Assembly (NCBI GenBank): GCA_965223155.1
Contig: CBDCVR010000013.1
Location: 832,001 to 896,000 of the forward strand
Reading direction: 5' to 3'
DNA: 64,000 bases
From: Candidatus Multivoradales bacterium
GTDB lineage: Bacteria; Acidobacteriota; Thermoanaerobaculia; Multivoradales; JAHEKO01
Shown here: positions 37,306 through 45,937 of the stretch, one piece after another
How the letters are laid out: every line of letters begins with the position of its first letter
Numbering within the stretch: position 1 is the first letter of the stretch
Program-made: the position numbers and the translations under genes
Notes under the pieces: model-generated
Databases searched by the model: none
Told to the model about the DNA's origin: nothing
What the model saw: the letters and a program-made list of their open reading frames with translations, nothing else

Positions 37306-38208
37306 CTAGCCGCCCAGGCCCAGAGTCGCCCGGATGACGTGCTTTGCCACCTCGGGATTCTCCCGTAGACGCCGTATGGAGTACGGATACCAATCGCGGC
37401 CGTAGGGAACGTACACCCGCAGCCGGTGCCCGCGGCCGAGCAAGATCGAGCGCAGCTCCTCATCCACCCCCAGCAGCATCTGAAACTCGTAGCGATCCCG
37501 CGCGACATCCAACCGATCCAGAAGCACCTCGGCTTCGCAGGCAAGGTGCTCGTCATGGGTGGCGATGCCAACGTAAACGTCGTTGCGCAGGAGCTTGTCG
37601 AGGGCGGCCGTGAAATTGGCGCGCACGGTTTCGTAACCCTTCCAGGCGATCTTGCGGGGCTCGATATAGATGCCCTTGCAGAGCCGAACGTTGGGTGTGC
37701 GGGCCGGCAACGCCCCGACGTCGTCCAAGGTACGGCGCATGTAGGCCTGAAGCACGGCGCCGACGTTGCCCAACTCTTCCTGAACCGACCGGTAGATTCT
37801 CAGGGTGACTTCGGTGACGCTCGAATCCTCCATGTCGATGCGCACGAAGTTGCCGTACCTGGCGGCGGTCGCGGCGATGCGCCGGACGTTTTCGCGGCAG
37901 AAGTCCTCATCCACCTTGAGTCCCAGGAGAGTCAGCTTGATCGACACGTTGGCATCCAAGCCGGCGCCGTCGATGTCCGCGAACAGCCGCTCGTACTCCT
38001 CCACGGCGGCCTCGGCCTTGCCTCGCTCGCTCACTTCTTCGCCCAGTAGATCCAGAGTCGCCATCGCCCCCTCTGCGTTGAGCTTCCGGACCGACGCCAG
38101 AGCGTCGTCCCGAGTTTCGCCGGCGACGTAACGACTTGCCACCCGGCCCACTAGGAACCTCGGCACCAGAGGCAGGGTGGCGACGATCAGCCGGCTACTG
38201 AGATTCAC
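37306..38208 (-). CDS. Monofunctional proline dehydrogenase
   Basis: YVAGE, SIKLT.LG, RIDMED, RLCKG.Y, ATHD, YVPYG..W..Y..RRL.E. Confidence 0.92.
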   Translation of the reverse strand: MNLSSRLIVATLPLVPRFLVGRVASRYVAGETRDDALASVRKLNAEGAMATLDLLGEEVSERGKAEAAVEEYERLFADIDGAGLDANVSIKLTLLGLKVDEDFCRENVRRIAATAARYGNFVRIDMEDSSVTEVTLRIYRSVQEELGNVGAVLQAYMRRTLDDVGALPARTPNVRLCKGIYIEPRKIAWKGYETVRANFTAALDKLLRNDVYVGIATHDEHLACEAEVLLDRLDVARDRYEFQMLLGVDEELRSILLGRGHRLRVYVPYGRDWYPYSIRRLRENPEVAKHVIRATLGLGG

Positions 38209-38226
38209 CGCGGCCGCGCGTCCCGC

Positions 38227-39582
38227 TTAGTTGGCGCTCGGAGCGTCGTCGGACCGAGGGTCGCCGTTGCCATTGCCGTTGGCAGCCACCCAGCGCACCG
38301 ACTTGGAGCACGGGCAGACGCCGCCGACCCGGCTGAGCGCGGGCATCTGCTTCGATGCCTCACCGGCGGTCAGCTCGTCGTCATCGTCATGGACCCGCAT
38401 CAGGAGCTCGACGTAGCCCTTGAAATCACGTCCCGCGCGGTAGACGTCCGGCAGATGCTTCTGGAGCTCGGTGAGATAGGCCTCGACGTCGTCGAAGGCC
38501 TCGCCCTCGAAACCGACCAGCTCGAACGCCGGTACGCCGCGCCGCCGGAAGAAATGCGGGTGCGGCGCGCGGATCAACTCCTCATAGGCGATGCCGCGCA
38601 CCGTGCCGCCGTCGGCCAGGAGCTGATCCAGAACCTCCTCGGCCTGAGCGGGCGAGACCTCGGGCAGGCGCGCGCGGATGAAGCGCAAGTTGAGATCCCG
38701 GAAGACCTTCTTGACCTCTTCGAGATAGTCGGCCTGAGCCTCGGCGTTCTTCATCGGCTTCAAGCCGAAGCGCACGTTGGTGCCGCCGCCGCGCTCGTCG
38801 CCGAACATCTCGAGCCCGCGCGGCAGCCACTTGTTGATCGCCTTCTGGATGTCCGCCGTGCTGACGAAGTGAGAGCCGCGGGCGGCCTTCTCCATGTAGC
38901 GGCGCAGCGGCACCACTCCGGCGGCGAGATGAAACGCCTCCTCGCGCAGCATCTGCGGCATGCTCTCGGCCATGGGCTTGTAGGCGCTGACCTTCTGCAT
39001 CGTGAGCTGGTACTTGCCGACCCGATCGATCAGCGCGCAAAAGGTGACGTTATCGATGAACGAGTCAAAGTCGATGTTGAAGGCGCCCAGGATGTGCGAG
39101 CCCGTACGCATGGACAGGATGCGCTCGACCATGTCCTCTTCGGAGACGTCGGAGACGCCTGACCAGTCGTCTTCGAGCAGCAGGTGCAGCATCTGGTAGC
39201 CGTGGCGCAACTCTTCGGCCATCATGCGCAGAATCCAGACCTGCTCTTCTTCTTCTTGCGCCCGGGCCAGGGTGAGCTGGTGCTGCTGAATCGAGCCGAA
39301 CTCGGTCGAGGCTTGCGCCTGGATCGCTCCCAGCAGGTGCCCCGCCTGCTTGGGATGCATCTTGCCCGCCTTCTTGAACTTGTCGTTGCCCTTGAGGTCG
39401 CCGCACTCGATCTCGTCGCACATCCCGAGCTCGCGGTAGGCGCACAGGCGAAACTGCGGATCGCGGGGGAAATAGGTGTCCCAGGTCTCGAGCAAGAAAT
39501 CGTAGTCGGGCAAGAAGCGGTCCCGCCACTTCTCCACCGCTTGATGGAACTTCTTGGGTAGCTCGGTTTGCCTGGTAGTCAT
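38227..39582 (-). CDS. BoxB/PaaA-like di-iron ferritin-fold oxygenase subunit
   Basis: STEFGS.QQ, EELRH, ILGAFN, DRVGKYQL, EEAFH. Confidence 0.75.
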   Translation of the reverse strand: MTTRQTELPKKFHQAVEKWRDRFLPDYDFLLETWDTYFPRDPQFRLCAYRELGMCDEIECGDLKGNDKFKKAGKMHPKQAGHLLGAIQAQASTEFGSIQQHQLTLARAQEEEEQVWILRMMAEELRHGYQMLHLLLEDDWSGVSDVSEEDMVERILSMRTGSHILGAFNIDFDSFIDNVTFCALIDRVGKYQLTMQKVSAYKPMAESMPQMLREEAFHLAAGVVPLRRYMEKAARGSHFVSTADIQKAINKWLPRGLEMFGDERGGGTNVRFGLKPMKNAEAQADYLEEVKKVFRDLNLRFIRARLPEVSPAQAEEVLDQLLADGGTVRGIAYEELIRAPHPHFFRRRGVPAFELVGFEGEAFDDVEAYLTELQKHLPDVYRAGRDFKGYVELLMRVHDDDDELTAGEASKQMPALSRVGGVCPCSKSVRWVAANGNGNGDPRSDDAPSAN

Positions 39583-39609
39583 GGTTCTCCTCGTTCGATC
39601 AGAAGCCGG

Positions 39610-40074
39610 TCAGGAACCGGCCTCGTCGAACCGCTTGACGAACGGCCGAAGGCCCGCGGGCTCGAAGCCGAGGGCATCGAAGAATTGAGCGATGCCCGTC
39701 ATCTCCTCATCGACCAGTGTACGCACGCTGGTGGCTCCCCGGCGCCGAAAGTGTTCGAGCATTGCCTCGGCCAATCGCCGGCCGACCGAGCGCCCGCGCG
39801 CCTCGGGGTCGACCCCGAGGACCTCGATCCAGCCGGTCGGCTCTTCCAGGCCGAACTCTCCGGACCGGACCTCGCCCATCATGAAGCCGATCACCCGGCC
39901 GTCGCTTTCGGCGACCACCGAGGCCTCCGGATCGCGCCGCATGTAGTAGCTCAGGCGACTCTCCCAGACCTCGGGCCGGTAGCCGCCGCCGATCTTCTCG
40001 TCCAGAGTTGTGATGTCCCCCAGATCCGTGTCCTCCACGGCCCGGACGCGTACGTCTTGAGAGGCTTCAGGCAT
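39610..40074 (-). CDS. GNAT N-acetyltransferase
   Basis: LGVDPEARGRSVGRRL, FFDALGF. Confidence 0.88.
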   Translation of the reverse strand: MPEASQDVRVRAVEDTDLGDITTLDEKIGGGYRPEVWESRLSYYMRRDPEASVVAESDGRVIGFMMGEVRSGEFGLEEPTGWIEVLGVDPEARGRSVGRRLAEAMLEHFRRRGATSVRTLVDEEMTGIAQFFDALGFEPAGLRPFVKRFDEAGS

Positions 40075-40281
40075 TTCGATTGTCCCGGAAGACGACCGGA
40101 AGTAAGGACCGGCCGACGCCAAAATTCTATCGCCCGGCGCCCGCCCCGTAAACCGCCGCGCCGCGTCCCGGACCGATCCTGGATCGGCCCCACTCCGTCT
40201 CGACGGTCCCTAAGATCCGTGCGGCCAGCCGAACTCGGCAAGGCTCAGAAGTTGGCTAGAAAACCCGCTCGCGGCCGTCGT

Positions 40282-41226
40282 TCAGCTCCGCGCCACGTGC
40301 TCGTGGGCGTGGTAACTGCTCCGCACCAACGGTCCGGCCTCGCAATGATCGAAGCCCAGTTCGAGAGCCGCTTCCCGGTACTTGGCGAACTCGTCGGGAT
40401 GGACCCACCGGTCCACCGGCAGGTGACCGCGAGTCGGCTGCAAGTACTGCCCGATCGTCAGAATCTCGACGCCGGCGTCTCGGATGTCGTGCATCGTCGC
40501 CAGCACCTCGTCCGGGGTCTCGCCCAAGCCGACCATGATCCCGGTCTTGATGCGTCCGGAGTAGCGGCCGTCGCTGCGACGGTGCGCCGCCTCCCGCAAG
40601 AGTTCGAGCGAGCGGCGGTACCGGCTTCCAGGCCGGGCCACGCGGTACATCCGCGGCACCGTTTCGACGTTGTGCGAGAACACCGCTGGCCCGGCGGCTA
40701 GCACGACCTCCAGCGCCTCGGGAACCCCGCGAAAGTCGGGGGTCAGCAGCTCGACCGCGGTCGCCGGGTTCCGGCGGTGAATGGCCTCAACGACCGCGCG
40801 GAAGTGTCCGGCGCCGCCGTCGGGGAGATCGTCGCGATCGACCGAGGTGATGACGGCGTGCCGAATTCCCATCGCCCGAACCGCTTTCGCCACGTTCGCC
40901 GGCTCCTCGGGATCCACGCCGGGATCGGGGCGGCCCGACATCACCGAACAGAAACCGCACCGGCGGGTACAGATGTCCCCGAGAATCATGAACGTGGCGG
41001 TGCCATGCCGTCCCCAGCATTCATAGATATTGGGGCACCGGGCCTCCTCGCACACGGTGTTGAGCTTGAGGTCGGCCACCAGCCGGCGCACCTCGTGGTA
41101 CCTGGCCGGCGTCTCCAGCTTGATGCGTAGCCATGGCGGACGAGGTTCTCGCCGGCCGTTGCTGGACTCGGTCTCGGTTCCAGCCCCAGGGCCGGCTCCG
41201 GAGCCGATCTGAACCAAGCGGCTCAT
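40282..41226 (-). CDS. lipA: Lipoyl synthase
   Basis: CEEARCPNIYEC, CTRRCGFC, RSSYHA. Confidence 0.96.
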   Translation of the reverse strand: MSRLVQIGSGAGPGAGTETESSNGRREPRPPWLRIKLETPARYHEVRRLVADLKLNTVCEEARCPNIYECWGRHGTATFMILGDICTRRCGFCSVMSGRPDPGVDPEEPANVAKAVRAMGIRHAVITSVDRDDLPDGGAGHFRAVVEAIHRRNPATAVELLTPDFRGVPEALEVVLAAGPAVFSHNVETVPRMYRVARPGSRYRRSLELLREAAHRRSDGRYSGRIKTGIMVGLGETPDEVLATMHDIRDAGVEILTIGQYLQPTRGHLPVDRWVHPDEFAKYREAALELGFDHCEAGPLVRSSYHAHEHVARS

Positions 41227-41345
41227 CGCGCAAGTGTACCGGATGGCACAACGGGCCGAAGGCCTGCCGGCGGCGCGACGACGCGCCGACCGCGCAACTG
41301 GCAACCGGTCAGCAGGCCAAGTCAGCGACCTGGCCGGCGACCCAA

Positions 41346-42053
41346 TCAGGCGACCCGATCGGCGCCGCGAACCGCAGCCGGCAACTCGGCGACGCGCTCG
41401 TAGTCGAAGACTTCGGCGAAACGATCCATCGCCGCCACGGCTACCGCCTTCAGGGCCGGAACCTCGCTCGGTCGCTCGTGTTCGATCGAGGTCATCACCA
41501 CCCCGGGGAGCCCGCAAGCCACGATACCTGCGAACAGGGACAGGTCGGTGGCAACGTTGAGGGCGAAACCATGAGTGGTGACCCAGCGGCTCAAATGGAC
41601 GCCGATCGACGCGATCTTGCGCTCCTCCACCCAGACCCCGATCTCGGCCTGCTCGCGACCCGGGGCCGCGGTGATGCCGAAGCCCTCGAGCACCCGCACA
41701 AGCACCTCCTGGAGGTCACGCACGTACCGACGCACGTCCTTCCTGTCTGGAGCCAGATTCAGAATCGGATACCCGACCAGCTGGCCCGGACCGTGGTACG
41801 TCACCTGCCCTCCCCGGTCAGTCGAGGCCAGATCGATGCCCTCTCCGGCCAGCATCTCCGGACTCAGCAACACGTCGCCCTCGCTCGCGGACCGGCCCAG
41901 CGTGTAGATGTGCGGATGCTCCAAGAGCAGCAGGTAGTCCGCGTCTCCGGCTCGCACATCCGCGCGTAGCCGTTCCTGCAGGGCGGTCGCCTGCCCGTAC
42001 TCGAGCCGGCCCAGATACCCGGCCCTCAGCGTCCTCTGTCGACGCGTCGTCAC
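41346..42053 (-). CDS. lipB: Octanoyltransferase
   Basis: LEHPHIYTLGR, RGGQVTYHGPGQ, KIASIG, HGFALN. Confidence 0.95.
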   Translation of the reverse strand: MTTRRQRTLRAGYLGRLEYGQATALQERLRADVRAGDADYLLLLEHPHIYTLGRSASEGDVLLSPEMLAGEGIDLASTDRGGQVTYHGPGQLVGYPILNLAPDRKDVRRYVRDLQEVLVRVLEGFGITAAPGREQAEIGVWVEERKIASIGVHLSRWVTTHGFALNVATDLSLFAGIVACGLPGVVMTSIEHERPSEVPALKAVAVAAMDRFAEVFDYERVAELPAAVRGADRVA

Positions 42054-42189
42054 CCGCCCATTCTAGGCGTTTCGGAAAACCCGGCCGAGTTCCGTCAGAA
42101 AAACCGGGGGTCGCGGCAACCCAAGTACAAGAGGGCAACAAGAGCCGATCATGGGGACCGGTTTCGGAGTGCCCTCGGAGGGTTTCCGA

Positions 42190-42429
42190 ATGACCGCCAT
42201 CCGCAACAACCGTCGCCTTCTCGCCGCCCTGTGCCTGGTTCTCGCCAGCCTGGCCTTCGGCACCACGCCGGCAGCCGCCACCGAGACCCGCGTCCCGGCC
42301 GTCGAAGAACGCCTCCAGGAACGGATCTCCGACCTCGTCTTCCACGTTCAGGCGTTCCTCGCCGGCTGGCTCAACCAGTTCGAGAGCGCCCGCGAAGAAG
42401 AAGGGGCGAAGCTAGAAGACGGCAGCTAA
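42190..42429 (+). CDS. Small secreted peptide (79 aa)
   Basis: GGAGGG RBS; Sec signal MTAIRNNRRLLAALCLVLASLAFGTTPAAA; host-like GC3; acidic tail EEEGAKLEDGS. Confidence 0.75.
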   Translation: MTAIRNNRRLLAALCLVLASLAFGTTPAAATETRVPAVEERLQERISDLVFHVQAFLAGWLNQFESAREEEGAKLEDGS

Positions 42430-42437
42430 TCCGTTCG

Positions 42438-42471
42438 GGAACGCCCGGTCTTCTCCGGAGCCGGGCGTTCC
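42438..42471 (+). terminator. Stem-loop after the peptide gene (terminator/attenuator or mRNA-stabilising hairpin)
   Basis: Perfect 11-bp stem GGAACGCCCGG / CCGGGCGTTCC; no U-tract. Confidence 0.5.
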
Positions 42472-42518
42472 TGGACAGCCAGACGGGCGGGTGGTAGCTT
42501 GTTGCGACGGAAAGTCAA

Positions 42519-43049
42519 ATGGCTGTGTCCAACGAGTACCGACGCACGGATGTCGATGACATCGTCGGGCTGTTCCGCTCTAGGTCAAGACGGCTGTTGG
42601 TTCGCTTCCGGATTCCCGTTGAGGACGCCGAGGATTTGGTTCAGGATTCACTCGTTCTCTTCCTGCGAAGGCAGCCGGACACGAAGAACGAAGTCGCTTG
42701 GCTCGAAGCAGCCCTTCGATATCGGTGCCTGACCTATTGGAGGGAGCGCCGAAGGCAAACGTACCTTCAGGTGGACCAGTCGATTCTCGAATCCCTCTCG
42801 GAAAAAGATCCGCCGAAACAGGAGCATCGCGTTTTTCTTCACGAGCTGTCATCAATCGTCGACTCGTTGCCCAAGAAGTGTCGCGTTCTACTCAGGCTCA
42901 GATACAAGACCGACCTGAGGCCTGCCGAAATCGCAGACCGACTTGGCTACCGCCGGAGCGGGATCTACAAACTCATCGACCGATGCATTGGAGTCGTAAC
43001 CCGCAAGATCTTTTCCTCCGGATTAGCAAGGCCGAGACGCTATCAATGA
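42519..43049 (+). CDS. ECF-type sigma-70 factor
   Basis: Region 2 DAEDLVQD; region 4 LPKKCRVLL.LRY...AEIADRLG. Confidence 0.9.
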   Translation: MAVSNEYRRTDVDDIVGLFRSRSRRLLVRFRIPVEDAEDLVQDSLVLFLRRQPDTKNEVAWLEAALRYRCLTYWRERRRQTYLQVDQSILESLSEKDPPKQEHRVFLHELSSIVDSLPKKCRVLLRLRYKTDLRPAEIADRLGYRRSGIYKLIDRCIGVVTRKIFSSGLARPRRYQ

Positions 43050-44401
43050 ACCACTTCTCGGCCGAGCAACTTCAGCGATTCTCAGCAGGCAAGCTACCTC
43101 GGAAAGAGCGGGTGATGGTCGCTAGGCACTTGGTGAGTCGCTGTCCCAAGTGCATGCAGATCGCCGATGTCCACTGGAAGAACAGCTTCGCTGGGACCTC
43201 TTCGTCAACTTCTACTGAGGACGACTACTCCGAAGCCTTCGAACGAGGGATCGAAAAGGGATACAGCACTTGGACCCTACTCGGACGCGAACGGAGAGGG
43301 GTCGATGCCCTGTTGCAAGAGCTTCTTGAGCTCCCAGCGAGCCGACAACAGCTCGTCACTGCAAACAGCCCCAGATACTGGAACGCCACGCTCTGCCGGG
43401 AGTTGCTGGAAGAAGCAACCACAGCAGGTGGCTCGGACACCTCACATGCCGTTCATCTCACGCGGTGCGCGATCCAAATCAGCCAGAAGCTTGAGGAAAG
43501 CAAGTACGGCAAGGCTCTGGTCTCAGACCTGCAGGGGCGAGCCTGGACAACGCTCGGATCGATCCTGAGGCTAGCGTCCGACTACGATGGAGCAGAAGAA
43601 GCCTTGACAAAGGCTGCCTACTTCCTCCACACGGGAAGTGGTGATGAGCTAGAAGCCGCCCATCTACTTGCGGTGCAAGCCAGTCTTCTTGTCGCTCGGA
43701 GAAACTTCGATCAGGCATTGCGGATTCACAAGAAGCTGGACAGGGTTTATCGACGCCGCGGCGACAGGCACATGGTCGGCAGAGTTTTCTTGAAGAAGGC
43801 GTGGGTCTTCGCGAAGATGCATGATTCGACGAGGGAGATTGAAGCTCTAAGACAGGCTCGAACTCATCTCGATCCGGCCCAAGACCCGAGGCGTTGGGCC
43901 ATTGCTCAACATCATCTACTTGCGGTATTTGTCGACCAAGGTGAGCTTGAAAAGGCGCAGTCGATGGTCCTAGGTGTCCGCGAAGCGCACTTGGCGCTAG
44001 GGGACGCTCTGGCTCTCATTCGCCTCGAGTGGCTCGAAGCTCGAATCGCCTACAAGAAAGGCGACCTGGCCGAGGCCACGGCCAAGCTCAAGAGCGTTCG
44101 CGACCAGTTCGTTGAGCGGGAGATTGGGATCGACGTCGCGCTGTCGTCCCTGGAGCTGGCCGAGATGCACGCCTCGCAGGGCGAGGTCGAGGCGGCCAAG
44201 GCCCTGCTCGCCGAAGCCATCCCGATTCTCAAGGCCCTCCGGGTAGGCCCCGACACAGTCGCGGCGATGGCCTTCCTCGGCGAGCTGGTCGCTCGCGAGA
44301 CGGTGGAACGCGAGATCTTTCGCCGCGCCGTTGCCTTCGTGCGCAAGGCCCAGAACGATCCCCAGGTGCGCTTCGAGCCCGCCGAGCTGCTAGGCGACTA
44401 G
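43046..44401 (+). CDS. Zinc-finger anti-sigma-like domain fused to TPR repeats (451 aa, soluble)
   Basis: ATGA overlap with the sigma stop; H...L.RF..G.L...E...V.RHLVSRCPKC; TPR-like helices (AWTTLGSILRLASDYDGAEEAL); no TM segment. Confidence 0.8.
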   Translation: MNHFSAEQLQRFSAGKLPRKERVMVARHLVSRCPKCMQIADVHWKNSFAGTSSSTSTEDDYSEAFERGIEKGYSTWTLLGRERRGVDALLQELLELPASRQQLVTANSPRYWNATLCRELLEEATTAGGSDTSHAVHLTRCAIQISQKLEESKYGKALVSDLQGRAWTTLGSILRLASDYDGAEEALTKAAYFLHTGSGDELEAAHLLAVQASLLVARRNFDQALRIHKKLDRVYRRRGDRHMVGRVFLKKAWVFAKMHDSTREIEALRQARTHLDPAQDPRRWAIAQHHLLAVFVDQGELEKAQSMVLGVREAHLALGDALALIRLEWLEARIAYKKGDLAEATAKLKSVRDQFVEREIGIDVALSSLELAEMHASQGEVEAAKALLAEAIPILKALRVGPDTVAAMAFLGELVARETVEREIFRRAVAFVRKAQNDPQVRFEPAELLGD

Positions 44402-44449
44402 GACCGGCCAGGGCTTCCGGCGCGGCCGCGCCGATCCGGGTCCGGTCTC

Positions 44450-45889
44450 CTAGAGGAAGGGATCCAACTCGCCCCAGGTTTCCTCGGCCAGGGTGCGCTT
44501 GACATCGTTCATGAAGTGGTCGGCGTCGGCCCCGTCCACCAGCCGGTGGTCGTAGGTGATCGCGAAGTACGACATATGCTTGATGGCGATGATGTCGTTG
44601 CCTTCGCGGTCCATATCCACGACTGGACGCTTCTCGATCGCGCCCAGGCCCAGGATCGCCACCTGCGGTTGATTGATGATGGGGGTGCCGAAGAGCGAGC
44701 CGAAGACCCCCGGATTGGTCACGGTGAAGGTCCCGCCTTGCACCTCGTGCGGCTGGAGCTTCTTTGCGCGAGCGCGCTCCGCCAGGTCATTGGCGGTCTT
44801 GGCCAGCCCGACCAGATTGAGCTGGTCGGCGTTCCGGATCACCGGCACGATGAGTCCCCAGTCCAGAGCCACCGCCATGCCGACGTTGATGTCTTTCTTG
44901 AACACGATGTTGGTGCCGTCGACCGAGGCGTTGAGCTTAGGGTGCGCCTTGAGCGCGCTTGCCACGGCCCGGAAGATGAACGGCATGTACGTCAGCTTGG
45001 TGCCGTGGGCGGCCTGGAAGCCGCCTTTAGCGCGGTTCCGGATGCGGGCCACGCGGGCCATATCGATATGGAAGACCGTGGTGACGTGGGCGGAGGTAGC
45101 CTTCGAATAGGTCATGTGCGCCGAGGTGATCTGGCGGATCTTCGACATCGGAACGATCTCGACGCTATCGCCCTCCGAGTACGGCGCCACCGAAAAATCG
45201 CCGGCGTCTCGACGCATCGGAGTCACGACCTGCGCCTGGACCGCGCCCGACGGCGCCGGCGTCGGAACCTCCGAAGCCGCCGCGGCCGCTGGCTCGGCTG
45301 GCTCGGCAGGGGCGGCGTCCGCGCCACCTCCGGCGAGAAAGGCCTCCAGGTCCCGCTTGGTTACCCGGCCGTGGATCCCAGTCCCTGAGACCTGCGAGAG
45401 ATCGACCCCGGCCTCCTTCGCCATCTTGCGCACCACCGGGCTCGAGAACTTGCGGACCCGCTCGGTATCCGGGTCGTCGGCACCGGAGCCATCCGAGAGG
45501 TCTGAAGAATCTGGGTCATCGGAGCCAGCGGAGCCAGCAGAGTCATCGGAGCCAGCGTCCGAGGTCGGAGCTTTCGCGGCGGCCTTCTCCGCCGGCTCGC
45601 TGCCGGCGGCAGCAGGCTCGGCCTCGGCTGGAGCCTCCCGAGGCTGGTCTCCGGGCTCGCCCAGGATCGCCACGATCTCGTTGATGGCAACCGTCGCGCC
45701 CTCCTCGAACTTGACCTCCAGCAAGACGCCGTCGGCCGGGCTCGGGATCTCGGCATCGACCTTGTCGGTCGAGATCTCGAAGAGCGGCTGATCGCGCTCG
45801 ACGCTGTCTCCGACCTTTGCGAGCCAGCGGGTGATAGTACCCTCGGCGATCGACTCGCCCATCTGCGGCATGATGACTTCGGTTGTCAT
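44450..45889 (-). CDS. sucB: 2-oxoacid dehydrogenase E2 dihydrolipoamide acyltransferase
   Basis: Lipoyl domain STDKVD, E3-binding SPVVRKMA...GTG..GRVT, catalytic DHRLVDG; substrate specificity not certain. Confidence 0.85.
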   Translation of the reverse strand: MTTEVIMPQMGESIAEGTITRWLAKVGDSVERDQPLFEISTDKVDAEIPSPADGVLLEVKFEEGATVAINEIVAILGEPGDQPREAPAEAEPAAAGSEPAEKAAAKAPTSDAGSDDSAGSAGSDDPDSSDLSDGSGADDPDTERVRKFSSPVVRKMAKEAGVDLSQVSGTGIHGRVTKRDLEAFLAGGGADAAPAEPAEPAAAAASEVPTPAPSGAVQAQVVTPMRRDAGDFSVAPYSEGDSVEIVPMSKIRQITSAHMTYSKATSAHVTTVFHIDMARVARIRNRAKGGFQAAHGTKLTYMPFIFRAVASALKAHPKLNASVDGTNIVFKKDINVGMAVALDWGLIVPVIRNADQLNLVGLAKTANDLAERARAKKLQPHEVQGGTFTVTNPGVFGSLFGTPIINQPQVAILGLGAIEKRPVVDMDREGNDIIAIKHMSYFAITYDHRLVDGADADHFMNDVKRTLAEETWGELDPFL

Positions 45890-45937
45890 GAAGCTCTCTC
45901 CATCGGGCCGGGCCGGGTCGGGCTCGACCGGTCCGTT

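Noticed and set aside
45480-45640. Short GGAGCCAGC repeats in the E2 gene
   Set aside because: They encode the ordinary low-complexity E2 linker.
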